Below, piece by piece: positions 52,140 to 64,000 of a stretch of DNA of 64,000 nt. A program made the position numbers and the translations under genes. The notes beneath the pieces were generated by a model that saw only the letters and a program-made list of their open reading frames with translations, was not told the origin of the DNA and ran no database searches. How positions within the stretch are numbered: position 1 is the stretch's first letter; every line of letters begins with the position of its first letter. Source of the DNA: Octopus vulgaris (lineage: Eukaryota); assembly GCA_951406725.2 (NCBI GenBank), contig OX597816.1, positions 99,572,001 to 99,636,000 of the forward strand, written 5' to 3'.

Positions 52140-55080
52140 ATATTTTACATAAATCTTACATTTATGGTGTGCTTTCACTGCATTACTACATGGAAATCTG
52201 TATGACTTGTGTAAGTGCAATGTTTTGTTTTGGTGTTTTCTATTATTGAAAAGTGCTCTATGTAATACCTAGGGCTTTTTCTTTTATTTTTGCATGTTGT
52301 GTATACTGTATGTTGTGGGGTTTTGGCTCTGCATTTTCTATAATTATTCTCAAGGCAGAGATTATTACAGAGATTATAAAGATTATTCCTGTTTCCAATC
52401 TCCATATTCTGATTATCTCTACTTCTGGATCTTTATATTTCGATTATGTAACATGTATGGAGTGCTTTGTAGGGCTATTTAGCTTTATAATCTGCATATA
52501 TTTTTAAGTCCTGGGATTTAGGTTATGCATTTGTCAGCATGTTGTTCAATCATTTCCCAAACTACTATTATGAAAGATTTTGTTTTCAATCTCCACATTC
52601 TTATTATCTCTCTTTCCAGTTTTTTTTTATTAAGTAATTTCTTTTAGAGTTCTATTTTCATTTGTTGGGACTGATGTTTCCTTTATGTGTCCCTTCTCTT
52701 CCTGGTAGTCTGTGAAAATAACTGGCAAATTAGCCTTGATCTCTCTATATTTATGGAAATCAGTAAGTATGGTTTACTTCATCATTCTCTGAATGGTGAG
52801 TTTTCATGCCATCTCTTTTCTGTTGGTATTTCATAATTCTGGCAAAAGTTTTATTGTATGAAAGCCTTCAACTCTGTCATACTTATATGTAGTTAAAAGC
52901 AATGCAGTTAATTGTTTCTTTCCAACCATCACATATTCTCCAGTTACTAAATGTATTTCACTTCCTTATATATTTTTAGTAGTTTCTGGCAGGAAAGCTT
53001 TGATCTTAGATTCCAATCAAGAATCCTTCTGTAGTGACTTAAACAGCTCTTACCTTTCCTTCACTGTTTCTAACCCTCTCTGGTACTGTTTCAGGTGTTG
53101 GCCATGTAGTGGTTTTTCTTGCTGTCAATTTTGCTTAGCATTCAAAAATTACATTTTTATCTTTTTCACAATATCATAACACTGCAATAATTTCTTTTAT
53201 ATGAAAGGCTCCAATTCTACAATGCCTGTAGAGGTAACCAGAAACAATGTGGTTAATTGATTCTTCCAAACTGCTAACTATTCTGCAGTTATTGTTACTT
53301 CTTTCTCCTCATAATTAATTGCTTCTGTTGTATATTTGTGGATTCCTTTAAGACAGAAATATATTTTTGTTCATAGTTTGTTGTTATTTGTATTAATTCT
53401 CCAATGTTCTTTATGAGATATTTCCTGTCCTACAGTGAGTGTTTTATAATTCTTCTCTAGTTCTGTAATTCTGCATTCATGGTTAATAGAATTTTCCTAT
53501 GTCAGATTTTGGGTGGTGTATTCTGAATCCAATAACTGTTTTTCTTGTTTTTCTTTCCAGTTTTGCTAATTCATTCAACACACTTTTGAGAACTATCATA
53601 ACTATAATTTATTTCTATGACATCAAGAGTACTGATGTTCATTATCATATTTTTTTCATTTAGCTCTCTCTTAAGCATCAATCTAATGCTTCTATGATTT
53701 TCCTTCCTCACCTTTTCTTTCATTTGTGTGTGATGTACTCTCTCCAGTTCATTGATTCCTAAGTATTTGTAAATCTGTGTTTGGCCTAATTCTCTTATCC
53801 CTCTCTTTCTTTATCTCACATGATAATAGTGTTCTTAATTATTTTTGTTCTCTTCAAGGTTGCCTTAACACATTTCTCTAATCCAAATCTCTTACCAGTT
53901 TCACTAGTATATCTGCATACTGTCTGTAGTAGCACTTCTAATTGTTTCTCATTTGCAGAATACTACTTGAGATAGTCCATAAACAAAAGATTCTTGATTG
54001 TCCATCCATAGCATTTGTATCTGAGTCTTGTCTGATTTAATATAACTGATTAAAGTTGGAACACCAAACAGAGAGGAATAAAGAAAGAGAATCTTCTTTG
54101 AATATTCTCTTTTAACAGAAATGGGTTAAGATTTATAATTCCCTTATTTTGTACCTTCAAAATTGTTCATCCTTTACTCGTGACCTATTAAATGTATCAG
54201 CTTATTATAGCTGCTACCTTACTCACAGCTGATGCTTCCAGAATTCATGTCTGGGGGACATTTTCAGAAACCTTTAGACAGTAAATCCATTCCATACTCA
54301 GGTGCAGGCATAGCTATGTGGCAAGATGCTTGCTTCTCAACTACATGGTCCAGGTTCAGTCCCACTGTGTGGCACCTTGGTCAAGTATCTTCTACTATAG
54401 CCTCAGGCCAGCCAGAGCATTGTAAGTGGATTTGAAAAGTGGAAACCGAAAGAAGCCTGTCATATATGTATGTATTATGTGTGTGTATCTTTGTGTCAGT
54501 GTTTGTTCCTTTACCATCGCTTGAAAACTGGTGTTGGTGTGTTGACATCCCTGTAACTTAGTCGATTGGCAAAAGAACCCAATAGGATAAATCCTGGAGT
54601 CAATTTCTTTGACTAAAACCCTTCGAGACAGTGCTCCAGCATGGCTGCAGTCAAATGGCTGAAACAAGTAAATGAATAAAAGTAAATCCATTCCATACTC
54701 AGACCTATCTTGCTTGTTTCACTGTCTTTTTTGGTCATGGCTTTTTTGATAAATTGTTGATCTTTACATTCATAAGAGGCTTTTGCAACATCCCTTCTAC
54801 TTCTTTGCAAACAAGTTTTTTTTTCCATATGGTTATACTCTGTTATATTATTGCCATTGCTGTTTCATAAACTGCAGAGAAGCAGGTTATAAATGTATAG
54901 CATTTAGAGTGAGCTGCTTCTTTAGCCTTGGGGAATAAGATGTATTTTTTCCTCCCAGTGAATTGGTCAGATATTGCATCAAGCACATTTGGAATAATCC
55001 TATTAAACATATTCTCGCATCAGGTATCCCTGCTAAACATATTAATCAGAACATTAGGATATTATCTTTTTATGGAACCT
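52140..55080 (-). mobile_element. Long decayed Dong/R4-like LINE (RT through C-terminus), interrupted by a SINE
   Basis: KASYECKDQ..KAM..GLSMEWI (RT N-terminal part), IFKEDSLSL (QGDSLSP-like), NLLFMDYLK (LYMDDLK-like), FGLEKCVKATLKR, YKYLGINE on the minus strand. Confidence 0.8.
54301..54682 (+). mobile_element. SINE family A with 22-bp target-site duplication
   Basis: AGTAAATCCATTCCATACTCAG at 54280-54301 and 54681-54702 flanks the SINE. Confidence 0.92.
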
Positions 55081-55559
55081 TCTGATGATGATGGTGTGGT
55101 GACAATACCAGTGACAACAGCAATGGTGGTGATGATGATGAGCTTGCTGGTATAATCTATAATTGCATTACATTTTCAAAAGCTGGATTTGTCATCCATG
55201 TTAGGTCACATATTGGGAGGCCAACATATGATGCTTACATCCATGCTGTTCTGATAGCCTCAGTTAAATACTACTCTATTTATGGGCAAAGTTTGCACAT
55301 CTACTGCTAGGTTGAGCATCTATTTTGGGATGAATGCACAAGAACAGAGCTGCAGTTGATGTGATTATTAACAAAATACGTAGCTACATTTGTCCCCAAA
55401 ATTCTAAACAAAATCACCGTTAGATAATCACCTGAGGGCCTATAGCAGAAATACTGTCAGACAATGTTACAGTCATAGGACTGCAATAAAAACGTGGTCA
55501 TAATTGAAATCTAGTTGATTACCAATATCTCTCTCTATATATATGTGTGTGTGTGTGTG

Positions 55560-56450
55560 TATGTCGTCTGATCAATAAGTATCCTGATTGTTGCCATATT
55601 AATGAAACTAAAGCATGCAGAGTGAAGCTGTTAGGCACAGATTTACATTAAACTTGTCTGTGCATACACACTAAGTTTTAACATTCTAGCTCACTTCCAC
55701 TATTTACAGCAGTGCTTGGAAGGAAGGCATATAGCATGTGATTGTTGCATTCACCATGACAGAGAAAGTTGAGCAGAGAGTCTCCATCAAATTTTGTCAA
55801 AAGCTTGGCAATACCTGCTCAGAGGCCTACACAAAGTTTTCAAAAGTTTTTTCATCATTCTCAACACAATGAAGGAGATCTTGTGCAACTGAAAACTGAG
55901 TGTCTTCTTTGTCAACTGAAAGCAGTTCTGGCACAAACTTTGCAGACACGTGTCTCATACCCAAATCTTCAGTGATAATGGTCTGAACTGAACCGTAACT
56001 AATTTCCACATCCTCTGATAACTCACAAATGATTATTCAAAGATTTCCCTTCACAGCTGCACCGACATCTATGATGTTTTACTGAGTTCTGCCTGTTGCA
56101 GGTCTCTCAGAACTTTTGTCAGTATTTTTCAGCCAACTTGGAAACGTTTGAACCAGTTGTTCATTTGTGTGTAGCTCATACACTCAACTCCATACACTTT
56201 CTGTTACTTTGCGTAGGCCTCTGAGCAGGTATCGCCGTAACAACTTTCTCTGTCATGGTCAATGCGATGATCACACACTACACACCTTTCTACCAAGCAC
56301 TGTTGTAAACAGTAGAGGTGAGATAGAATGTTAAAACTTAGTGTGTATGCACAGCAGAGTTCAATGAAAATTTTTGCCAAACAGGTTCACTCTACATGCT
56401 TTAGCTTTGTTACTATGGCAACTGTCTGGATACTTATTGATCAGACTTTG
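55560..56450. mobile_element. Fold-back mariner derivative made of two inverted 5' ends (about 890 bp)
   Basis: TIR gtctgatcaataagtatcc / ggatacttattgatcagac; 55562-55850 is the reverse complement of about 56200-56450; both arms carry ATGACAGAGAAAGTTG; the minus arm continues to ISYGSVQTIITEDLGMRHVSAKFVPELL. Confidence 0.9.
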
Positions 56451-56475
56451 TGTGTGTGTATATATATATATATAT

Positions 56476-56662
56476 TTCGTTTTTGGATTTGGCTTGCAAG
56501 ATTCTTTATGTGAGTTCGTGTGTTGAAGCATATTCTGTTGTGTCTGGGGAGAGTCATTCTCTTTTGGTGCCTTATAATTTAGCACACTCAGGGGTAAAAT
56601 TTCCATTTATTTTTTTTTTATTTTTCTAAAATTTTCATTGCATCTTGCAAACTTTTCAATAG
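56476..56662 (-). mobile_element. Short repeat next to (TA)n with a degenerate hammerhead-like motif at 56626-56662
   Basis: CTA-TTGAAAA-gtTTGCAagaTGCAAt-GAA-AATT-T-TAG on the minus strand; core differs from CTGANGA. Confidence 0.4.
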
Positions 56663-56679
56663 TTTTAAAAAGGCTACTG

Positions 56680-57010
56680 GTGGATAGTGTCCTCTATCCA
56701 CTCGAGTTCTATCCCAGGTGACAACCCACAGACCCAATCTCTTGTCAACTTCCTACAATACGCCAAAAGAAACAAAATCTCTTTGCCCTCTAAGGGCTGG
56801 CTTGCAAATTTGCAAGTCTCTTCAGGGGTGTCAAATAGCAACTAAACCATTACATATTTGATCCCCTTGGAAATGAATTTAATAGTTGGCAAATACTCTG
56901 CCAACTCTTTCTCAATTTGAGTCTTTTGAAAGAGCACGATGGTGTCAAGCAACTTTGAGTAAGTCCTCAACACCACCACCGTCTCTTCATCCACTGTTTG
57001 GATGGGACAA
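56680..57010 (-). mobile_element. Probable L1/Tx1-type ORF1 remnant
   Basis: DEETVVVLRTYS..IEKELAEYLPTIKFISKG..FDTPEETCKFASQPL..LFLLAYCRK..LSPGIELEWI resembles cephalopod L1/Tx1 ORF1-like proteins (from memory). Confidence 0.45.
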
Positions 57011-57319
57011 TCTCCCACTAATCTTCTTGGTAAGGGCACAAAACAGTCACACAAAAATGGTAAAAAATAAGCACAATTATAGGAGGAAAGATATTCCCCC
57101 AAAACACACTTCTCACCACTAAGTGAGACTTCTAAACACAACTACAGGCAGACAAATGCACAGAACCCAGTGGAGGTGTCTTGTTCGACAAAATAATTAA
57201 ACACAAGTAACAAACCCCTACTGAATCCCCCCCCCCAAATGTCTTACCTGGTAGTTGTGCTTCACTTGTTCAATAATTCACGACGTTGGTAGACAGTGCA
57301 AAGAAAACACTGACAACGA

Positions 57320-58150
57320 CACATGCGCAGAAGCATATAGAGACTTCATGGCAACCAGAAGTTGCCTGCTAGTTCCAAACACCTGCAAAAGCCTCCACAG
57401 CATGTCCAGTGTCATGCAGTTTTATGCCTTTTCAAGGCCTACAAAGTAAGCATATGCCTCTTGGTAACATTCCCACAATTTGTTGAAGTCCTGAAGTGAA
57501 TATCTGACTGGTTGTGCTGCATCCAACACAAAAGTCTCACAGTTCTTGAGCTAGGTTGGACTCAACAATTTTTCTACATTTCTTTTCCAGACAGCTAACA
57601 TAGACTTTGCTGGAGAGGCTCAACAAGAAGATTCTTCTATAAATAGAGAACTCTCTCTTCTCTCTCTTTTTTAAACAATACGGATTATTATCCCTAATCG
57701 CCATTGCTTTGGTGTCTTTCTAGATGTCCAAGTCACCCAGCATACATGAGTCAACTAGAGAATACCTTCTATGCATAAGGTTTTTAACATCTCAGGCTGA
57801 ATTTCATCCTGCCCAGCAGCCTTTCCACATTTGAGCACTTTAAGTGATTCTGCGACATCAGCCTCTGCAAGGTTTGTCTTCAACCCTGGATGCACTCTGT
57901 GTCCACCAGAAAGATTTTATCATGACAGATTTAGGAGATCAGCAAAATATCCTCTTCACCTCCCTAGAATGCTCTTCTCTACAGAGAGAAGAACCCTAGC
58001 TGAGTTCATAATGGTAGATGTGGAAGAGGGTTTCTTGCTACAAAATCAGTTGATAGTCTGTTGGAATACTTTATTAGCCAATCTAAAGTCCAAGTCCAGC
58101 TTAACTCAAAGTCTTACTATGACTCCTCTACCTGAGATCTAAATGCATTC
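57320..58150 (-). mobile_element. RTE-clade LINE, decayed RT N-terminal region
   Basis: ANKVFQQTI, GKAAGQDEIQPEMLK, LEKKCRKIVE..STTSQIF..YAYFVGLEKA*N..LWRLLQVFG..LLVAMKSLY. Confidence 0.8.
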
Positions 58151-58412
58151 CTTGTAAACTCACACAATGATTGATGTGGTATGGTTGTTCTTTTAAATCC
58201 CCTTCACATTGAAGTTTTTGGTGGTCTCATTCATGCAAGGCACCAAGGTGGTGTTTGCATTTGACTCAAACAGTGTTCTCTCACTTCTCTTTTTAGCACT
58301 TAACACTGCACTACTGCATATATATCATATATTTATGCATGTGTATGTATGTATGTATGTATGTATGTATGTATATATAAATAAAGAGAGAGAGAGATAC
58401 ATATGTATGTAA

Positions 58413-58467
<55 letters not shown>

Positions 58468-59289
58468 CACATTTAATATTACATATGCATGTGTGTGTGT
58501 GTGTGTGTGTGTGTATAGATGTTTAGTCTTGCCAAACTACACAGACCTTATCCACCTATATGCCAAACAAACTTTCAGTCTTTACCCCTTCTACTACCAA
58601 CCACACAACACCATTCTTTCCACTTTTGCATTACTCTTTCATTGCTACTCTGTCTGCTTTCGCCACCACCTCTGTATTCTCTGCCAAACATTATCTTTCC
58701 ACTGTATTTAGCACTAAATTACTTTCGGCACTTAAACTACATCCCACTCTCCACAGCTAACACTCTTATACACACAAGTAAACACACACACATACACATT
58801 TTCTCTTTCTTTCTTCCTTTCTTTCTTTCTTCCTTTCTTTCTCTCTCTCTCTCTATCTTTCTCTCTTTCTCTCCCTTTCTCTCAAGCCTTTGCTGTCTTT
58901 CTCCCTTTCATCTTTTAGCCTGTGTGTGTATGCATGTGTGTGTATGCATATGTGTGTGTGACCCTGGGGAGGTATATACAGAGACACAGGCAAACAGACA
59001 GAGAGGGTGAAAAAGAGCTATATTTCGTTTTACAAATGGTAGTAAGAGAACTCAATACATCCACAGAGTTTATGTAATTTTTAGTTAGATAAGTGTTTCA
59101 CATGAAATTCAAAGCCTTTGAGTCACCCTTGTAGTAGTCTCAACTAATAAAGTCAGTGTGTATGTGTACACATGCTTGTGTATGTGTACATGTGTGTGTT
59201 ATGGTATATGAGTGTGTATTTGGTCAAAAGAGTAAGGTCATTTCCTATAATCTTTGTAAACCCTCTCAGGTAGGTAAGATTGACATGGT

Positions 59290-59740
59290 TGATGCTCTTA
59301 ATTCACTTGATGTCAGTAGGAAAGTTGTAGGTTAGATGAGGATTCCAGAGAGCAAAATTTCTGGGAGAATAACTAGGTGATTTGCTTACTGCATAATCTG
59401 GTCAAAAAAAAAAAAAAAAAATTAAAGATGATAGAGTGGCTGAGAGGCAGGTTCGTCAGAAAAACATGAGATGTAGTTTATTGAGGCTGCTCATTCAGAG
59501 GCATGGTTACCATTGTAGTAATGTTAGAAAAAGCAAAGAGGAGGAACAACACATTTGGGTCCTAATGAGTTCTTGGAAGTGTATTAAGAAATGAGTTTCA
59601 GATGATCAATAAGATGATTCTAGAACTGAAAAGTCGGTGGGGGGATTGGGGCATATATCATGACAGAATATCTTATCCAAGAATATAGAGACTGTTGTAG
59701 CACATTCAGATAATTTGGCTTGAACTAATATGTATGATAT
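59290..59740 (-). mobile_element. CR1-group LINE 3' remnant
   Basis: Minus strand ILDKI.. and VVPPLCFF*HYYNG..SE, resembling the 'VASL.LFYRYY.G.CS.EL' motif. Confidence 0.45.
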
Positions 59741-61246
59741 AGTGTATGCAACATAGAGTATAGAAAATCTTTGATCAGCGAAGTATATTCAGGTAATTAA
59801 TAAGAGAAGAGTTACCTTGAATAATATCAGTTAATTGCCATTTTCAAGACTCTATCATATTTGCATTTAGTATGCAGAATGCTTGCCAAAGGTATTTTCC
59901 CCCTTATCCATAGTATTAGCTAGAACTACCCAATGTAATTCTGTATTTCCAACTACTGTATGCAGCTGTTCTTCTACAAATAGCAGCCAAATTATCCTCT
60001 GGTCTTTAATATGGTCTGATTGGATAATGTGACAGGGGTACAATAAATCTTAGCTCAGCTCCAGATGACAAAGGATTTCAAAATTGTCCTGACACGGAGA
60101 TAAAAAAATATCAAAATCTTTTAAGTAACTACAAAACAAATGTCAGACATCATAATCTCAGTTATTGTATCATATAAGATTGTAAAAACTGCTTTATGAA
60201 AGCTAAGTTCCTCTATGGAAGTTAGTAAAAATTTCAGCTCTGATGACTTGTTATCCATCTACCAGAATTAATGAAATTATTAACGTATATGATTAAATTC
60301 CTAGTGGTATTTAGTCACAATATTTTATTATTAAGTTTAAATTTTGCCAAGGTCAATCACTGTTCTTCTTTCCAGGATTGATAAAATAAAATCCCAGTCA
60401 TGTTCTGAGATTGAATTATATTCATCCTAGATGTAAAAATGTAAGTGGAATTATATTAGAATAATGAAGTTGAAGTAGGGCCAATACTGGAATACTGTTT
60501 ATATCAATAAGGTAATGCTGATGTAACACACACTAACATTCTGAATTGCATATAAAACAAGGCTATTTAATTGATTTGTATTGATTCAGTCACCATTGGG
60601 AACTGATCTATCTCAAATATTAATAAAATAAAAACCTCACAATGACTTAGGGAGCTCTTGGAATTTCATGCAGGCCAATTACCAAATCAAATATTAAACA
60701 ACTACAATTAGAGAAGGCTTGAACAGAACCAACATAGTTTATTTACTGGAAATGAGTTTCAAACAAACACGAAGCTGCAAAGATATTCAAATTGTTCATA
60801 ATAGTTCTAACTCAATTCTAAATTACCAATTGGTACATAATATTCCATCTAAAAGTTTTATCTGATCTCCCAACATATATGGTCTTGGCTTTAAGTGAAT
60901 GAGACACATTGAGTAAACATATCCAAAAGCTTGACATGAAATAGAACTAGATCAAGTGAGGCCAGAAGGGAAAAGTGATATTGCACAGTTGCATTTTTGT
61001 GAGTCTGGGATTTCATTGCTATCAAATGACTCCCTAAAGCAATGTGAAAATTATGTGTGTGTGTGTGAGCATGTATGTATGTTTGTATGTATGTATGTAT
61101 GTAAATATATGGGTATGTAGGTAGTTAGGTAGGTTGGGAGGAAGTGAAGGAAATAGAGAGAGAGAGTGAAGAAGGTAGACTGATATGTTGGTATATATGT
61201 ACATAATGTATGTATATAAATAGATGTGGCTTGATGGATTAAATAT

Positions 61247-61850
61247 ATCATCATTATCATTTTACTTCTACTTTCCATACTGGAAAGGATCAGTTTTGGC
61301 GTAATTTCTATTACTGGATTCCCTTCCTAACATCAAGTGGTAGCATTACTGAGTGCATTGCAGAGTGTTCTTTTCATGACACCACCACTATAGAGGTCAC
61401 CTAACAACTCACATGAATAAAGAGCCCCACCCCGCCACTACTGAAAGAGAGAAAGATAGTAGAGGAGGGGGGGAGATGACTTTAAGCTAGGTATTGAAAG
61501 AAGTTAAAGTATGATGGGATTGGGTAGAGATGAGAATATAGCTGCTACAATATGAATAGGGTGGACAAAGTTCAGAGAGAGCTCCTACATCTGTAGGTAA
61601 CAAAGGGCTTATATCTTAGAGTGAAATACAGATTGTATGATGCCTGTGTGCAAATAGCCACGTTACATGGCAGTGAAACATGGGCTGTGACCACCGAAAA
61701 CATGCATAGGCTTGAAAGAAATGAAGCTAGTATACTTTGCTGGATGTGTAATGTCTGTGCATGCCCAATGGAGTCTAAACGTCTTGAGAGAAAAGTTGGG
61801 CATTAGAAGCATCAGATGCAGTACACAAGAGATACTACTGTACTTGTATG
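61247..61850. mobile_element. RTE fragments: minus-strand 3' tail (61247 to about 61420) followed by plus-strand coding remnant (about 61540-61850)
   Basis: IGWTKFRE..VTKGLYLRVKYRLYDACVQIATLHGSETWAVTTENMHRLERNEASILCWMCNV, a paralog of 31355-31633. Confidence 0.8.
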
Positions 61851-62106
61851 ATCAAAACAATTGCATTACTTAGAGTAGGGCTATTCACTCTAACAACTTT
61901 TCCTACTCACCCATCTTTTCTCAAATTCACTGGGAGGTAGCACTTCCCTCTCCACCCTCACTTACCTTTCCAAGTGAAACTTAAAAAGTCAATGAGGGCT
62001 TCACCAAAGAGGAAGGTATCTTTCTTCAATACTTTCAACCTTGTCCACCACACAACCTCTTCAGCCCTATCCACTAGAGGAACACACCTACTCTACCATG
62101 GTAAAA

Positions 62107-62127
62107 GTGGTGGTAGTGGTGGTGATG

Positions 62128-62184
<57 letters not shown>

Positions 62185-62203
62185 TAAGCAGCAGCAGCAG
62201 CAG
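62107..62203. repeat. (GGT)/(AGT)n/(AGC)n microsatellite
   Basis: Directly visible; gives the poly-Ser and poly-Leu ORFs. Confidence 0.95.
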
Positions 62204-62399
62204 TGAAGATTTGGTCCTAGTTGTTGGTCCTAGAATGGTCACAAACTGGTAAAAATAAAGATATGTTTGAATTGACAGAAAATAAGTAAATGAACCAAGT
62301 ACACATGATCCACAGAAAAGGTTGGCTAATGACACTTTTTTCTTTGGATCATGTCTGCTTAGTTCATTTGAAATTGATAGCATACGGAAAAGAATCAAT

Positions 62400-63990
62400 G
62401 GAGAGATGAGAGGTACCAAAGAAAGAGTGAATGTAGACATCTTCAAGTTGAAATGTTAAATGAAAACAGCATGAACTCTCAATGGAAAGAAATGAAATTG
62501 ACATGGAAGTAGAAAACAGGAACAATATAAACAAGGATAAGGGATTGACAATATACAATGCATTTGAAGGGAACACATGCAAACAAAGTCATGAAAACAT
62601 TTGTAAAATCTGAAAATTAGGAAATGGGAAGTGAAAAATTTTGATGGGATAAAAAGAAATAATTCAGAAAGCATAAAGCTATTAAAAGTATTAACAGAAG
62701 AAAACTACCAATTAAAATACAAAAAATTGATGTGACACTAGATCATGTTACAGTTACAAGCATTATTGACATAATAATTCAATTTGTGCAGCTTTGCAGA
62801 GAAGAAAGTAAAAAAAGATCCTTGGTGGAAAAGACAGATGGAAAGAGATATAAAGATACTTGGAAAAGACCTCAGCAACATTGAAAGCTAGAACAGGGGT
62901 ACTTATGAAAAGAACACAACCAATCTTACCTTAAACAGAAGTATCACTTGCATGAGAAGGAATTTAAGTACAAAATCAAGTGAAATAAAGAATTACACAC
63001 AGAGCAGAGAGCTACTTATATTGAGCATAACAGACATTTTTCAATCATAGAACACAGATTTCAATATCATTCATAGAGATATAATTGAAACATCAATATC
63101 AAATGCTGTGAAAGCAATAGAATTTTGGCTAAGAATTCCAGTTTGTCCAATTAAATATGATGGAAATGCAGATGGATCAAAACAGCTGAAATGGAACTAA
63201 GCAGTAGAGAAACCAGAACTAATTTCTATAACAAAGATGACATCCAGCAGCAGGCAAAAATATTGTAAAATTAGAAAGTCCCAGAACCAGGTGAGCTCCG
63301 AGGTTCCTGAATAAAACATCTGAAAACCCTTACACAGTCAAATCAAGAATCCTTTGAATAAATGTGTAAACTAACAAACTGTAACAGAGAGGATGGTTGA
63401 GAGAACAACTTTAATAATGAAAGATCCACAAAAGAATAAGCTATAAAAAAGTATCAACCAAACACACATTTTTTCTCTGAGAAAACATGATCAAATGATG
63501 CAGAACAAATTCTACCTATTAAACAGGAAGGCAGAAAATATTTCAGACGTGTTAAAGACCATCTAATGATTGACAAAATGGTAATGAAAGCTTGCAAGTG
63601 ACAACAGATTAATTTGTGCATGGCATGGGTCAAATTCAAGGAAGTTTAAAGGTGGAGTCATATTCTTGGGGTTTTGGAGTCATTTAATATGTTTAGTATA
63701 GCTGTAAACTTCATCAACATCTTCAGTGATAGCATGATGAGCTGGGAAACAAATGATAGTGTTTGTCTCAATTTACACTGATCACTGCAAAAAGTATGGA
63801 TATATCAAATAAGTGGTACAGTCATGTATCAGAAAAGCTTCTAAATGAATGTGATAAACCAAAGATTCTATGAGATTTTGATATCCTGGTTGATAGATAA
63901 GTTGAACACCATAGCAGGGATGTCTTAGCATCTATACAGAGCCCTGGGGCATATCAATGCACTAAGTCCTATAGTGTTTATTTATTGACA
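62400..63990 (+). mobile_element. Decayed, internally deleted Dong/R4-like LINE
   Basis: PWWKR, KDLSNIE, N*KVPEPGELRGS*IKHL (NWKAPGPD..GFW.K-like), RTTLIMKDPQK, KDHLMIDKMVMK..NLCMAWV, then KWYSHV..KIL*DFDILVDR*VEH. Confidence 0.75.
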
Positions 63991-64000
63991 GCAAACCACA

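Overview
AT-rich, repeat-dominated eukaryotic DNA. The SINE families, RTE and Dong/R4 LINEs and very long TA/TG/TAA microsatellites look like an octopus (coleoid cephalopod) genome; this is an inference from repeat content. I could not identify any intact host exon, so the window is probably intergenic or deep intronic, and most ORFs in the track are microsatellite artefacts. Recognisable content: four mariner copies (one near full-length, one fold-back made of two 5' ends), a Tigger/pogo remnant, a young 5'-truncated RTE LINE with a PHD-like finger in its RT region plus older RTE pieces, several Dong/R4-type LINE remnants clustered at (TAA)n tracts, a Penelope-like RT remnant, CR1/L2 and L1/Tx1-like fragments, and at least three SINE families. 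Two things stand out. One is an intronless, decayed retrocopy of the TUT4/7 uridylyltransferase catalytic region. The other is a set of about seven type-I hammerhead-ribozyme-like motifs of different designs, in non-coding AT-rich units with inverted repeats next to (TA)n tracts, consistent with Penelope-dependent or retrozyme-like elements.
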